Below, piece after piece: positions 9,497 through 19,900 of a stretch of DNA of 64,000 nucleotides; position 1 is the first letter of the stretch, and each line of letters starts with the position of its first letter. Source of the DNA: an uncultured Verrucomicrobiota bacterium (GTDB lineage Bacteria; Verrucomicrobiota; Kiritimatiellia; CAIVKH01); assembly GCA_937873455.1 (NCBI GenBank), contig CALMYG010000177.1:60118-124117 (forward strand), given 5' to 3'. Below the pieces are notes generated by a model, which searched no databases, had not been told where the DNA came from, and was given only the letters and a program-made list of their open reading frames with translations. The translations under genes were made by a program, and so were the position numbers.

Positions 9497-10349
9497 GTTC
9501 TTCCCCCCGGGGCGAGGCAACGGCAGGCTTCGGTGACATCGGCTTGAGGCGCAACCATGCCGGCCATTTGGACGCGCGGGTCGGACGCGGTTTGTCGGCA
9601 AGCAAGACGGAAACCAAAACCCGGCGCAAACGCTCTTCATCCAGGCCGCGGCGCAACCGGCCGCGGTAGGCTACGGAAATGGAACCGGTTTCCTCCGAAA
9701 CCACCAGCGCGATGGCGTCGGTTTCCTCGGTGATCCCGATGGCCGCGCGGTGCCGGGTCCCCAGCGTACGGCTCAATTCATCGCGTTGCGACAAGGGAAA
9801 CACGCAGGCCGCGGCCACCACACGGTTGTTCTGCACGATGACGCCGCCGTCATGCAGCGGGGTGCGGGGATAAAAAATATTCACCAGCAACTCGGGAGAA
9901 AGCTCGGAATCGATCTGCACGCCGGTTTCCCGAATGGTCCGCATGCCGATATCACGTTGGACGGCGATCAAGGCCCCGATTTTCTGCTCGGACAAACGAT
10001 CCGCCGCCGACACCAGATTGTCGACGGTGGACTGCTCAAAGGCCGGTCCGCCGAAGAAATGCCGCCGCCCCAACTCGGCCAGCGCCTGCCGGATTTCCGG
10101 TTGGAAGATCACCAACAGCCCGAAGACGATATAGAACGTGGAACGTTGGAGAATCCAATTCAAGGTATCCAGTTGAAAAAAATAGGTCAGCAAGATCAAG
10201 GCGATAAAAATCAAGGCCAGGCCGAATAACACCTGAACCCCACGGGTGCCGCGAATGAAGAGCAGGATATAGTAAAATGCAATGGAGAGTATGACAATCT
10301 CCAGAACGCCGTTGAATCCCGGCATGACAAATCGTTGCAACAAATTCAT
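9486..10349 (-). CDS. cdaA: Diadenylate cyclase (c-di-AMP synthase), CdaA type
   Basis: It has three N-terminal TM helices and then a DisA_N/DAC domain with conserved LHDGGVIV, ...RHRAAIGITEETDA... and ...VVSEETG... segments. Confidence 0.85.
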   Translation of the reverse strand: MNLLQRFVMPGFNGVLEIVILSIAFYYILLFIRGTRGVQVLFGLALIFIALILLTYFFQLDTLNWILQRSTFYIVFGLLVIFQPEIRQALAELGRRHFFGGPAFEQSTVDNLVSAADRLSEQKIGALIAVQRDIGMRTIRETGVQIDSELSPELLVNIFYPRTPLHDGGVIVQNNRVVAAACVFPLSQRDELSRTLGTRHRAAIGITEETDAIALVVSEETGSISVAYRGRLRRGLDEERLRRVLVSVLLADKPRPTRASKWPAWLRLKPMSPKPAVASPRGEEHVA

Positions 10350-11203
10350 GCGAACACCTGCTGACGGTTCAGTCTATCAATCATCCGGGCGAGATCGCAA
10401 GATTCCTTTACATCGTGAACGCGCATTACCGAGGCGCCCTGCATGATGGCAAACGCGGCGGCGCCCAACCCGGCGGCCAACCGGTCACCGACATCCCGTC
10501 CGGTTATCGCGCCGAGAAATCGTTTACGCGAAACCCCGATCAAGACCGGGCGCCCGGCGCTCTCCCGGAGCACGCGAATTCCTTTCAGCAATGCGATGTT
10601 ATGCTCCAGAGTTTTTCCGAAACCAATACCCGGATCAATCACCAGCGACGAGGCATCGATGCCCCGGGCGGTCGCCGCGGCGACCCGGTCACGCAAAAAC
10701 TCCGACACCTCGGCCACCACATCGACGTAACGCGGATCGTGCTGCATGGTCCCGGGAGAGCCTTGCATATGCATGATAACCGCACCGGCCCGATGGCGGC
10801 GGATGACCTCCAGCATGCCCGGGTCGCCGGCAAGTCCCGAAATATCATTTACAATATGCGCGCCGGCGGCCAGAGCGGCGTCGGCCACTTCCGCCTTGGT
10901 GGTGTCGATGGAGAGTGTAATTTCGGGAATACCAGCCAAAGCCCGGACAACCGGAAGCACCCGTCGCAATTCTTCATGCGGGGAAACCGGCTCGGCGCCG
11001 GGACGACTCGATTCCCCGCCGATATCGATGATGTCCGCCCCCTCCTCCAGCATGACCCGGGCGCGCGCGATGGCAGCTTCCGGGTCGATATACCGCCCGC
11101 CATCGGAAAACGAATCGGGGGTGACATTCAGCACGGCCATCACGCACGTGCGCGCGCCGAGATCAATCGAACGCTCGCGAACGTGCCAAGAGGTCCGGGT
11201 CAT
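10346..11203 (-). CDS. folP: Dihydropteroate synthase
   Basis: VMAVLNVTPDSFSDGG and DIIDIGGESSRPGA are the pterin-binding DHPS motifs. The start was assigned to the ATG at 11203 (MTRTSW...), giving a TAATG overlap with the ftsH stop. The listed longer ORF has an Arg/Pro-rich extension that is unlikely to be real. Confidence 0.85.
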   Translation of the reverse strand: MTRTSWHVRERSIDLGARTCVMAVLNVTPDSFSDGGRYIDPEAAIARARVMLEEGADIIDIGGESSRPGAEPVSPHEELRRVLPVVRALAGIPEITLSIDTTKAEVADAALAAGAHIVNDISGLAGDPGMLEVIRRHRAGAVIMHMQGSPGTMQHDPRYVDVVAEVSEFLRDRVAAATARGIDASSLVIDPGIGFGKTLEHNIALLKGIRVLRESAGRPVLIGVSRKRFLGAITGRDVGDRLAAGLGAAAFAIMQGASVMRVHDVKESCDLARMIDRLNRQQVFA

Positions 11204-13194
11204 TAGGCCAGGGAAGGGTTGGCCGACGCCGGCCCGATCAGTGGAGCCGCCGGGTCGGAGGCGGGGGCGACGGTGGCCCGGGGACTGCCGGGACCGGCAT
11301 CGCCGTCGGTTTTTTTGACCCGGTTCACCACGCCGGTCTTGAACAAATCCTCGACTTCCTGACCGTCGAGGGTTTCCCATTCAATCAAGGCTTTGGTAAG
11401 CAATTCCAGCTTCTCGCGGTTTGCTATAAGCGTCGAACGCGCCTTGTCATAGGCATCATGAATCAGGCGATTGACCTCGCCGTCCACTTTGCGGGCGGTT
11501 TCCTCGCTCATTTCCTGTTGGCGCGAGACTTCCTTGCCGAGGAACATCACCTCGTGATTGCCACCGAAGGCTTGGGGTCCGAGCGTTTCGCTCATGCCCC
11601 ATTCGCACACCATGGCCCGGGCGATGCGGGTCGCCTGTTGGATATCGTTTTGAGCGCCGGTGGTGATATCGCTGCAGGCAATTTCCTCGGCGGCGCGCCC
11701 GCCCATAAACACCGCCAGCATGGTCAACAGCTTGCCGCGACTCTGGGTGTACTGATCTTTTTCCGGCAACTGCATGGTCGACCCGAGCGATTGACCGCGC
11801 GGAATAATCGTCACTTTGTGGAGCGGCTCGGAATCTTCGAGTTCCATCATCAGGATAGCGTGACCGGCCTCGTGGTAAGCGGTGAGCAGCTTCTCCTTGT
11901 CGTCCATGATACGGCTGCGTCGCTCACGGCCCCAGCGGACCTTGTCGCGCGCCTCTTCCATATCTTTCAGTTCCACCGCCTCCGCGCCCCGGCGAGCCGC
12001 AAGCAGCGCGGCCTCGTTGACCAGATTGGCCAGATCGGCGCCGGAAAATCCCGGAGTACCCCGGGCGACCCGCCGCAAGTCCACATCGGACGCCAACTTG
12101 ATTTTTTTCACGTGAATCTTGAGTACGTTTTCACGCCCCTCCACCCCGGGCAGATCCACATACACCTGGCGGTCGAAGCGACCCGGCCGCAACAAGGCAT
12201 TGTCGAGAACATCCGGACGGTTGGTCGCGGCGATTAGAATAATGCCTTCCTGGGTATCGAAACCGTCCATTTCAACGAGCAGCGCGTTCAAGGTTTGCTC
12301 GCGCTCGTCATGTCCGCCGCCAATTCCGGTAAAGCGACTCCGGCCCACGGCATCGATTTCATCGATAAAGATAATGCACGGAGCGTTTTTCTTGCCTTGC
12401 TCGAACATATCGCGCACCCGGGACGCGCCCACGCCGACAAACATTTCGACAAAATCCGATCCACTGATGCTGAAGAAGGGAACGTTGGCTTCGCCGGCGA
12501 TGGCTTTGGCAAGCAGGGTTTTTCCGGTTCCCGGCGGGCCGACGAGCAGGACGCCCTTGGGAATCCGACCGCCAAGTTTTTGAAATTTCTTGGGATCTTT
12601 GAGGAAGTCGACTATTTCCATCAACTCCTCTTTGGCTTCTTCAATTCCAGCGACATCGGAAAAGGTGATCTTGTGCTTGCCGCGGGTCAACAACCGGGCC
12701 CGGCTCTTGCCGAAGCTCATGGCGCCCTTGCCGGCCATTTTCATCTGACGCATAAACAGGAAATACAAAAGCCCCAGAATCAGAATGAAGGGAATGATGC
12801 TGGACAACAACTGCATCATGAAAGGATTTTGCGGAGTGATCTTGAAATGGACGCCCTTGGCCACCAGCAAACGCTGCAACTCTTCGGTATCAGCCACATT
12901 GACGCGGAACTTTTTGTTGCGGCCGGCTTCATCCAGCTCAATCAGCTCTCCCCGGACATGGCGGAAGCCCGAGGCATCCAATACAATCTCGCATTTGCGG
13001 ATTTGTCCCTCTTCGATCATTTGAACGAAATTGGGACTGTAGGGAATATCCTCGAACCGCTCCTGCCCGCCTTTCATTACCTGGTAGGTGGTAAGAAAGA
13101 GCGCCAAAAGCAAAAACCATACCGCCAGTCCGCGCAACGGTGCTTTTACGCCGCCGGGTCCTGCTTCATTTCGATTGTTATCTTTGGAATCCAT
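11203..13194 (-). CDS. ftsH: ATP-dependent zinc metalloprotease FtsH
   Basis: It has N-terminal TMs, the Walker A motif [26 protein letters not shown] and an SRH region. The HEAGHA zinc site is in the C-terminal M41 protease domain. Confidence 0.95.
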   Translation of the reverse strand: MDSKDNNRNEAGPGGVKAPLRGLAVWFLLLALFLTTYQVMKGGQERFEDIPYSPNFVQMIEEGQIRKCEIVLDASGFRHVRGELIELDEAGRNKKFRVNVADTEELQRLLVAKGVHFKITPQNPFMMQLLSSIIPFILILGLLYFLFMRQMKMAGKGAMSFGKSRARLLTRGKHKITFSDVAGIEEAKEELMEIVDFLKDPKKFQKLGGRIPKGVLLVGPPGTGKTLLAKAIAGEANVPFFSISGSDFVEMFVGVGASRVRDMFEQGKKNAPCIIFIDEIDAVGRSRFTGIGGGHDEREQTLNALLVEMDGFDTQEGIILIAATNRPDVLDNALLRPGRFDRQVYVDLPGVEGRENVLKIHVKKIKLASDVDLRRVARGTPGFSGADLANLVNEAALLAARRGAEAVELKDMEEARDKVRWGRERRSRIMDDKEKLLTAYHEAGHAILMMELEDSEPLHKVTIIPRGQSLGSTMQLPEKDQYTQSRGKLLTMLAVFMGGRAAEEIACSDITTGAQNDIQQATRIARAMVCEWGMSETLGPQAFGGNHEVMFLGKEVSRQQEMSEETARKVDGEVNRLIHDAYDKARSTLIANREKLELLTKALIEWETLDGQEVEDLFKTGVVNRVKKTDGDAGPGSPRATVAPASDPAAPLIGPASANPSLA

Positions 13195-13276
13195 AAGGGA
13201 TGTATCACCTGAATGCGTGTGGTTGGGTACTATACCACGCCCGAGGCCGAATCACCAAACACAAACAGCATGGGGA

Positions 13277-13669
13277 TTACTTGCGAATCCACGCACGCTC
13301 TTCCTGCTTCCAGGCGGTAGCGGAACCGCCCTGGCGCAGCACAATATCCGATATCACGCGTGCGAGTAGCCAGTCGCCGCCAGACGCCCGCCACTTACCG
13401 TCGGTTCCCAACGTCCACGTTCGACCACCCGGAGTTTCGACCCAGTCCGCCCCCTGCTGGGTGTACGACGCGATTTCACGGCCGGCCATCGTTGCCCGGT
13501 ATCCCATGCCAAAGCGGTCGACGCTAATCAGCGAACCATTATCCAGCGCCACGGTGTACCCCGCGCCAACAACGCGGATTTCCTTGGCTTGCGGTGTAAA
13601 CAGAAAAGGCAGCAGGGCGTGAGCGGGAAGCGCGGCCAACAAGGCGCCAATAAAAAGAAGTAGTTTCAT
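13277..13669 (-). CDS. Small secreted hypothetical protein
   Basis: It has a signal peptide (MKLLLFIGALLAALPAHA). I recognise no domain. Confidence 0.35.
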   Translation of the reverse strand: MKLLLFIGALLAALPAHALLPFLFTPQAKEIRVVGAGYTVALDNGSLISVDRFGMGYRATMAGREIASYTQQGADWVETPGGRTWTLGTDGKWRASGGDWLLARVISDIVLRQGGSATAWKQEERAWIRK

Positions 13670-13732
13670 GAGAATTCTGGTAGAAAAAAGGCGCCGCAAA
13701 ACGGCGCCTTATGGTTGTTGTAACGTATGCGA

Positions 13733-14077
13733 TTACGAACCGCAGCCGGACTTACCCGACTTTGAGGAAGTGGCCGTGGCCGCGTCAAACTTTTCCTTCT
13801 GTGCGTCGGTCAACAGATCACGGATTTTCGACATGGACGTGGAGCAGGCATCCACGGTCATGCCTTGCGCCTTGCAATCCGCTTCGATTTTGGCGATTTC
13901 CGCCTGCTGTTCCGCGGTCAGTTCGATGCCGGAAAGGGCGCGCGTGCAAGCGCCTTCCTTATCGTAAGCGGCCTTCTTGGACTTGCCGGACATCGGGCAA
14001 CAACCGCCGCCCGCCCAAACATTGCCCGCCAACGCCGCAACACCCATAATCGCCACTACCCATATCATTTTCTTCAT
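13733..14077 (-). CDS. Periplasmic protein with an LTXXQ motif (Spy/CpxP/ZraP-like) and Cys-rich ends
   Basis: It has a signal peptide (MKKMIWVVAIMGVAALAGNVWA). There are two LTXXQ-type motifs (LTAEQQAEI, LTDAQKEKF), plus GGGCCP and C-terminal CGS cysteines. Confidence 0.45.
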   Translation of the reverse strand: MKKMIWVVAIMGVAALAGNVWAGGGCCPMSGKSKKAAYDKEGACTRALSGIELTAEQQAEIAKIEADCKAQGMTVDACSTSMSKIRDLLTDAQKEKFDAATATSSKSGKSGCGS

Positions 14078-14153
14078 TACACATTCTCCTCTTGATTTTG
14101 TGCGCCCCACCAATAGGACTTTCCACTAATGACCATTAATCATACCCCGCCGC

Positions 14154-14654
14154 TCAAATTTTTTCCACTTTTTCGTATACCTGAAAACTCATCGCCCAAG
14201 GATTTTTATCATCCGCCGGGTGCTCGAGGCACTCGACGAGCTGCCAATGGGCTGGATCAAGCGGCCATTCGGGAAACCAGACATCCCCGGTAAATGACCC
14301 GTGAATCATGGTGACATAGACACGTCGCACGACCGGCAGGAAAAGCCGATACACATCGGATCCGCCTATAACCACAAGTTCATCAACGTGTTGCACGGCG
14401 GACAGCACCGCACGCTCCCCGGTAAAACACTCAAAACCCTCGCGTCGGAATTCCGGGTTCCGGGTCAGGACCAGGTTGCGCCGCCCGGGAAGCGGCCCGC
14501 CCAGCGACAGGCAGGTTTTACGCCCCATCAGAATGGGTTTCCCCATCGTTAGCGCCTTGAAATGGCGCAAATCGGCCGGCAAGCGCCAAGGCAACCGACC
14601 CGCAGCGCCGATCAGACCATTTTGATCCAGAGCAACAATCAGGGAAACATGCAT
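14154..14654 (-). CDS. folA: Dihydrofolate reductase
   Basis: The N-terminus MHVSLIVALDQNGLIGAAGRLPWRLPADLRHFKALTMGKPILMGRKT is typical of DHFR. It is ~166 aa long. Confidence 0.85.
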   Translation of the reverse strand: MHVSLIVALDQNGLIGAAGRLPWRLPADLRHFKALTMGKPILMGRKTCLSLGGPLPGRRNLVLTRNPEFRREGFECFTGERAVLSAVQHVDELVVIGGSDVYRLFLPVVRRVYVTMIHGSFTGDVWFPEWPLDPAHWQLVECLEHPADDKNPWAMSFQVYEKVEKI

Positions 14655-14657
14655 CGG

Positions 14658-15452
14658 TTAGACCGCAATGGGCGCCTTGATCGCGGGGTGGCACTGATAA
14701 TTTTCCAAGGTAAAATCCTCGTACCGGAAGGCGAACAGATCCTTGACCTCGGGATTCAGTCGCATTTTCGGCAGCGGGAAGGGTTGGCGGCTCAGTTGCT
14801 CATGCACGGCGTCCCGGTGGTTGCTGTACACATGGGCATCGCCCAACGTATGAATGAATTCCCCCGGCTGCAAATTGCAGACCTGCGCCATCATCATGGT
14901 CAACAAGGCATACGAGGCGATGTTAAAGGGAACGCCAAGGAAAACATCCGCGCTACGCTGGTAAAGTTGACAGGATAGCCGTCCCCCGGCCACATAAAAT
15001 TGAAACAGACAATGACAAGGCGCCAAGGCCATGCGATCCAGCTCCCCCACATTCCACGCGCTGACCACCAGGCGGCGGGAATCCGGATTCGCTTTAATCT
15101 GATTCACCACCCCGGCGATTTGATCCACCGTTTTCCCGTCCCGCGCGGGCCAGGATCGCCACTGCACCCCGTAAACCGGACCCAAATCCCCCTGGGCATC
15201 CGCCCATTCATCCCAGATCGTTATCCCGTGCTCCCGCAGGTAGCCGATATTCGAATCCCCCCGCAAAAACCACAGCAATTCGTAAATGACCGATTTCAGG
15301 TGGAGCTTTTTGGTCGTCACCGCGGGAAAACCGGCCGAAAGATCAAACCGCATCTGATGGCCAAACACGCTCAACGTGCCCACGCCGGTCCGGTCGGACT
15401 TGGGCATTCCCTGGTCCATGATGGTGCGGAGTAAGTCGAGATAAACCTTCAT
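14658..15452 (-). CDS. thyA: Thymidylate synthase (ThyA type)
   Basis: MKVYLDLL...[19 protein letters not shown]...PCH... are classical ThyA motifs. At 264 aa it matches ThyA length once the start is set at the internal ATG at 15452. Confidence 0.9.
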   Translation of the reverse strand: MKVYLDLLRTIMDQGMPKSDRTGVGTLSVFGHQMRFDLSAGFPAVTTKKLHLKSVIYELLWFLRGDSNIGYLREHGITIWDEWADAQGDLGPVYGVQWRSWPARDGKTVDQIAGVVNQIKANPDSRRLVVSAWNVGELDRMALAPCHCLFQFYVAGGRLSCQLYQRSADVFLGVPFNIASYALLTMMMAQVCNLQPGEFIHTLGDAHVYSNHRDAVHEQLSRQPFPLPKMRLNPEVKDLFAFRYEDFTLENYQCHPAIKAPIAV

Positions 15453-15597
15453 GATTGCCCATTCTTGTAGGAGGAAAAGCCCGGCGGCGCAATCCGGGAA
15501 TCGCATCATTTTTACCTTTACACCACCCGGGAGTGTGCTACGTTCCCGCGTTTTGCAAGCAATGCGCACGCCACCTAACGTGCGCCGGAGAAAACGA

Positions 15598-15837
15598 ATG
15601 AAAGCTGAAATTCATCCTAAACTGAATCCTGTTTGTTTTATCGACGCCCCGACCGGTAACCGCCTGTTGACGCGCTCCACCTTGACGTCCAAAGAGCGTG
15701 AAACCATCGACGGGGTCGAATACCATGTCGTGCATTGTTCGACCTCCGGCGCTTCGCATCCCGCCTACACCGGCCAGAAGATGATGCTCGACACCGCCGG
15801 ACGCATCGACAAGTTCAACAAGCGCTACAAGAAATAA
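15598..15837 (+). CDS. rpmE: 50S ribosomal protein L31
   Basis: It reads [11 protein letters not shown]...[50 protein letters not shown], with the L31 signature (IHPK...HPFYTG...RV..F.KR). GGAG lies upstream of the ATG. Confidence 0.8.
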   Translation: MKAEIHPKLNPVCFIDAPTGNRLLTRSTLTSKERETIDGVEYHVVHCSTSGASHPAYTGQKMMLDTAGRIDKFNKRYKK

Positions 15838-15892
15838 GCGCCGACCTCCCGGCAATCATTCCAAAACGCGCGAGGGCCTCCTCGCGCGTTTT

Positions 15893-16462
15893 TTACTTCC
15901 GGGCGTCGCCGGCGATCAGAGCCCATTCCGGGCCCAGGCGATGCCAAGCGATCTGCTCCGCCAAAAAATCCCGATCGAGCTTGTCGCCCGATACCGCCAG
16001 CATGCCCCGGATATCGTGGATATGTTTTTCCGACTGACCTTCCCGGTAATACTCCAGCTTTTTTAGGATCACATATTCAGGCGGGGCAATCCACAGCGTG
16101 TCGCCGCCTAAAGCAATCTGCCTCCGATGCTTTAAGCCCCATGCTTGCAGCGGTTCCGAACCGGCGAGATAGATATCGGCTTTTAATCCGGAATCATGGT
16201 GAATGATGTTAAAATGCCCTCGCCGTTGGCGTCTCGATTCGATGCCGATGACTTCGAATGGCGGACAATAAAACGTTTCGGCTGGAAACAGCGATTCGAT
16301 GCGAGACGCCATTCCCGAATCAAGCATGAGGACAAGATCGACATCATTGGTCAGCCGGGGTTCGCCATAAATCATACAGGCAACCGAACCCGCGATCATG
16401 TACGGTATCTTCCCGGCATCCAGCGGCCGGGTGAACACGAGAAATGGTTCATTGGGGGGCAT
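15893..16462 (-). CDS. Nucleotidyltransferase-fold protein, a putative toxin or antitoxin component
   Basis: MIAGSVACMIYGEPRLTNDVDLVL matches the Pol-beta-type NTase motif (G-S...D-x-D). It is ~189 aa and overlaps a small upstream ORF. Confidence 0.55.
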   Translation of the reverse strand: MPPNEPFLVFTRPLDAGKIPYMIAGSVACMIYGEPRLTNDVDLVLMLDSGMASRIESLFPAETFYCPPFEVIGIESRRQRRGHFNIIHHDSGLKADIYLAGSEPLQAWGLKHRRQIALGGDTLWIAPPEYVILKKLEYYREGQSEKHIHDIRGMLAVSGDKLDRDFLAEQIAWHRLGPEWALIAGDARK

Positions 16463-16634
16463 AAAGAAACCACCGTCGAACTTCCTGTTGGATGCGACTT
16501 TCCGGCCAGTCCGGATGCTCCTGCTTTAACGCCTGGGCCTTGACCTGTCGGGCAAACAAAATGAATTGCCCGGCAAGTTCGAGTTTTTTGGCCGGCGACA
16601 TCGCCCGGAATATCTTGATCTGTTCAGGATGCAT
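16449..16634 (-). CDS. Small helical protein upstream of the nucleotidyltransferase, a possible cognate partner
   Basis: It is a 61-aa ORF (MHPEQIKIFRAMSPAKKLELAGQFILFARQVKAQAL...) that overlaps the NTase start by 14 nt. The call rests on position only. Confidence 0.3.
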   Translation of the reverse strand: MHPEQIKIFRAMSPAKKLELAGQFILFARQVKAQALKQEHPDWPESRIQQEVRRWFLYAPQ

Positions 16635-16680
16635 CCTTGCGAGTCTGCTCCGAGGGTAAAACGAGGGCAAGCTGATTTCG

Positions 16681-16908
16681 TTAACGCGGGCGGGGATTGC
16701 AGCAGGCGCATGAGTCGGAATGATGCACCCGGGGAATTTTCGGAGGATCGCTTTTCGCCCGGGGCATTTCCAGTCCGCCGGAAATGACCCTGCGCACCGG
16801 GCGCCCGGTTTCCGGATCACGGCTCAACGCGTCCTCTTTGATGCTTTGATACAGTTCGATGACCCGCCGGGGGCCGTCGTCCGTGGTTTCATACACATAT
16901 ACGGGCAT
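16681..16908 (-). CDS. FmdB-like small protein in which the zinc-ribbon cysteines are replaced
   Basis: MPVYVYETTDDGP resembles the FmdB-family N-terminus MPxYEYxCxxCG, but it lacks the Cys pair. There is a strong RBS (GGAGTTGTGAGGAAACC) 5' of the ATG. Confidence 0.4.
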   Translation of the reverse strand: MPVYVYETTDDGPRRVIELYQSIKEDALSRDPETGRPVRRVISGGLEMPRAKSDPPKIPRVHHSDSCACCNPRPR

Positions 16909-16915
16909 GGTTTCC

Positions 16916-19900
16916 TCACAACTCCAACAGTTCTTGCACGTCTTCCCAGGACAACTTGTCCATGACCTGCTCGTCGTTTTCCAGCGTGGCGTCGATGATC
17001 GCCCGTTTGCGTTCCTGCATCGCCAACACTTTTTCCTCGATGGTGCCTTTGGTGATCAACTTGACGCTGTACACCGTACGTTTCTGCCCGATGCGGTAGG
17101 CCCGATCGGTGGCCTGGGCTTCCACGGCAGGATTCCACCAGGGGTCATAATGAATCACCATATCCGCGCCGGTAAGATTGAGGCCGGTCCCCCCGGCTTT
17201 CAGGCTGATCAGGAATACCGGAATGGCGCGGTTGGTGTTGAACGTATGCACCACGGCCATCCGGTCCTGGGTGCTGCCGTCGAGGTAACAATAGGCCGCG
17301 CCGCGCCGTTCCAATTCCTGCCGCAAAATGGTCAGCATCGAGACAAACTGACTGAACACCAATACCCGGTGACCGCCATCCATCGCCTCGTTGAGCAATT
17401 CCATGAACAGTTCCAGCTTGGCCGAAGGATTTTCCGCCGGCGGCGCCTCCTCCTTGAGCAAGGCCAGGTGGCAGCATACCTGGCGCAGACGCAGCAGGGT
17501 TTTGAGCACTTCCATACGCGAACGGTTGAATCCCTGTTCATTGACCAACTGGGTGAGGCGACGGCGGGAAGCATCCAACAATTTCCGGTAAACCGCCTGT
17601 TGATCACCCGACAGCGGACAATACGCCACCCGTTCGATTTTTGGCGGCAAGTCGGTGGCGACATCCCTCTTCAATCGCCGCAACAGAAACGGACTGAGCT
17701 TGCGCTTGAGTTTGGCCTGCGCGAACGCCGCTCCATCCTCGCCACGGGAAATCGGGAGTTCGTAGTTGCGACGGAATTTCTCGTGCCCGCCCAGATAACC
17801 CGGCATGAGAAAATCCATAATCGACCAGAAGTCCGAAACACCGTTTTCGATCGGTGTGCCGGTGAGGACAAGGCGATGGCGGGCCTGCAGGCGCTTGGCC
17901 GCCAGGGCGTTTTGCGTGGCTTTGTTTTTGATGTGCTGGGCTTCATCAAGAATCACCACGGAAAACGGTTGAGCGGCGTATTGTTCAATGTCGCGCCGTA
18001 ACAGGGCATAGGAAGTGATGATGACATCGTGTTCATGTAGCCCGGCCCATTTTTGGCGCCGGTCGCTTCCGGTGACGGTCAACACCCGGAGGTCCGGCGT
18101 AAACCGCGCCGCCTCCAAGGCCCAGTTATCGACCAGACTGGTCGGGCAAACAATCAAGGCGGGCAATTCACGGGCGGCTTCCTCCACCCGGTCCAGTTGA
18201 AGCCAGGCCAAGGTCTGCAAGGTTTTTCCAAGGCCCATTTCGTCAGCCAACACGCCGCCGTAGCCGCCCCGTTCGAGAAACCGCAGCCAGTTCAAGCCGT
18301 CGTATTGATAGGGTCGCAACGAGGCGTTCAACAAGGGGTGCGGCGCGACCGGTTCGAGGGTAATCTCACGGTTTTGCTTGCGCGCCGCCTCAAGCCATTC
18401 CGGCGTTACCTCGACATCAATGCCATCCAAGGCGTCGAGCGACGATTTGACATACGAGGCATAAATGGGAGGCAACCGGAACATACCCGGCTCGTCGCCT
18501 TCCCCGGAAGCGCAATCATCGAAGACATCCTGCATGGCCTCAATCGCCCCGGCGTCCAGCAAACAGGTGTGCGCGTCACGCTCCAGGAAGGCATCGCCCA
18601 TCCGCAAGGCGTGCTGAATTTCCTGGGCTGACCACTGCCCGCCCCGCGCGTCCTCGAATTGAAAGCCGACATCAAAACCATTCCCGCCGCGATCATGAAT
18701 TTTGACGACCGGGGCGATAAAATCAGCCTGCTCCATGAATTCGGCGACCGGGCCTTGCAGGTCCAATTTCCACCCCGCTCGCCTTAGCGCCGGCCATTCG
18801 CGTCCCAGAAAATTCATCACATCCCGGGTGCCGACGATCGGCGTCAGGTCATCCCCCACCACGCCGCGGAAGCCGGCGCGGCCGATACGTTCCAATCCTG
18901 CTTTCTCCGCGGACGGATTGCGCACGGTGAATCGAAACAGGTCTTCGGGATCCGGATGGGCGAAATGTCCCGCCGGGTCCGGCTTCGCGGCCACCATGCG
19001 CACGCCCTGGTAGTCGGCAACCAGCGTCGCGGCCAACGAAGCCGGGCTACCTCGAATCTCCAGCCGGAACCGGGGCGTTTCCGGTTCGACGGCAAACAAG
19101 TCGCGTTGCAGGTCGGTGGCGACCGCCATTTCTTTTTCGATCAGCGGTAATTCGATTTCAAAAAATCGCAATACGGCATCGCGGGCTATCCGCACCGGTC
19201 CGTTGTAAAGTTCCTGGAAGGGTCCGGGCAACACATGGTCCAGCGGCCAGAAATGTCCCGCGCCGAAGACCCAGCCCCGCTTGCCTTGAACGATATATAC
19301 CGGGCGCTCGCCTTGGCCGAGAAACGGCAACTCGGTATGCAAAACCAGAATCAGCTCCCCGGTGGTGCGGTGCAAATCCACCTGTAAGTTCGACTTCAGC
19401 GGCGTGCCGTTGACCTGGGCCTCCGCGCCATCGGGCAACTCAACGGTCCGCCCTTCGCGAACCTTCAGCACATTGGCAAAATCCTGGGCGTTGATGGTGA
19501 ATTGCTCCGGGACGGGACCCTCGAGAATGTCCTCCAACACATACATCAGGGCGTCGTCATCAGGACTTAATTTGACCGGGGTCGCTGGCGGACGGCGAAT
19601 GGAATGGCGGGCTCGCCCCTGGTCCAGCAGGGCGCGTAACGTGACTTCGCGCACCAGCGCCGATCCGTTCCATCCCGCGGACAATGCCAGAACCAACGCC
19701 ATGCGATCCAGCGATGATGCGCCAACCACGGTGCGCTGGAGATAAGCCGACTCATCCACCACCGCGACCCGGGCCGCCTTTACCGACTCCTCCTTCACCT
19801 TGACATCCCGGCGCGCCACTTCGGTTTCGTAACGTTTGGCCATTACCATGCCCAAGGCGATCACATGCGAGCAGACAATCCCCCGCTCGGTGGCATCACG

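Noticed and set aside
10346-11380. Long 344-aa form of folP and long forms of thyA, cdaR, deoB and the CNNM gene
   Set aside because: In each case the upstream extension overlaps the neighbouring gene, is compositionally odd and pushes the first family motif far from the N-terminus. Internal starts give canonical lengths and classic overlap coupling.
11458-13212. Plus-strand ORFs of 259 and 305 aa antisense to ftsH
   Set aside because: ftsH on the minus strand is unambiguous. The antisense ORFs have no motifs and a typical GC-skewed shadow-ORF composition.
16859-18001. 380-aa plus-strand ORF antisense to the SNF2 helicase
   Set aside because: It is a shadow of a strongly supported helicase gene, with no domain signatures.
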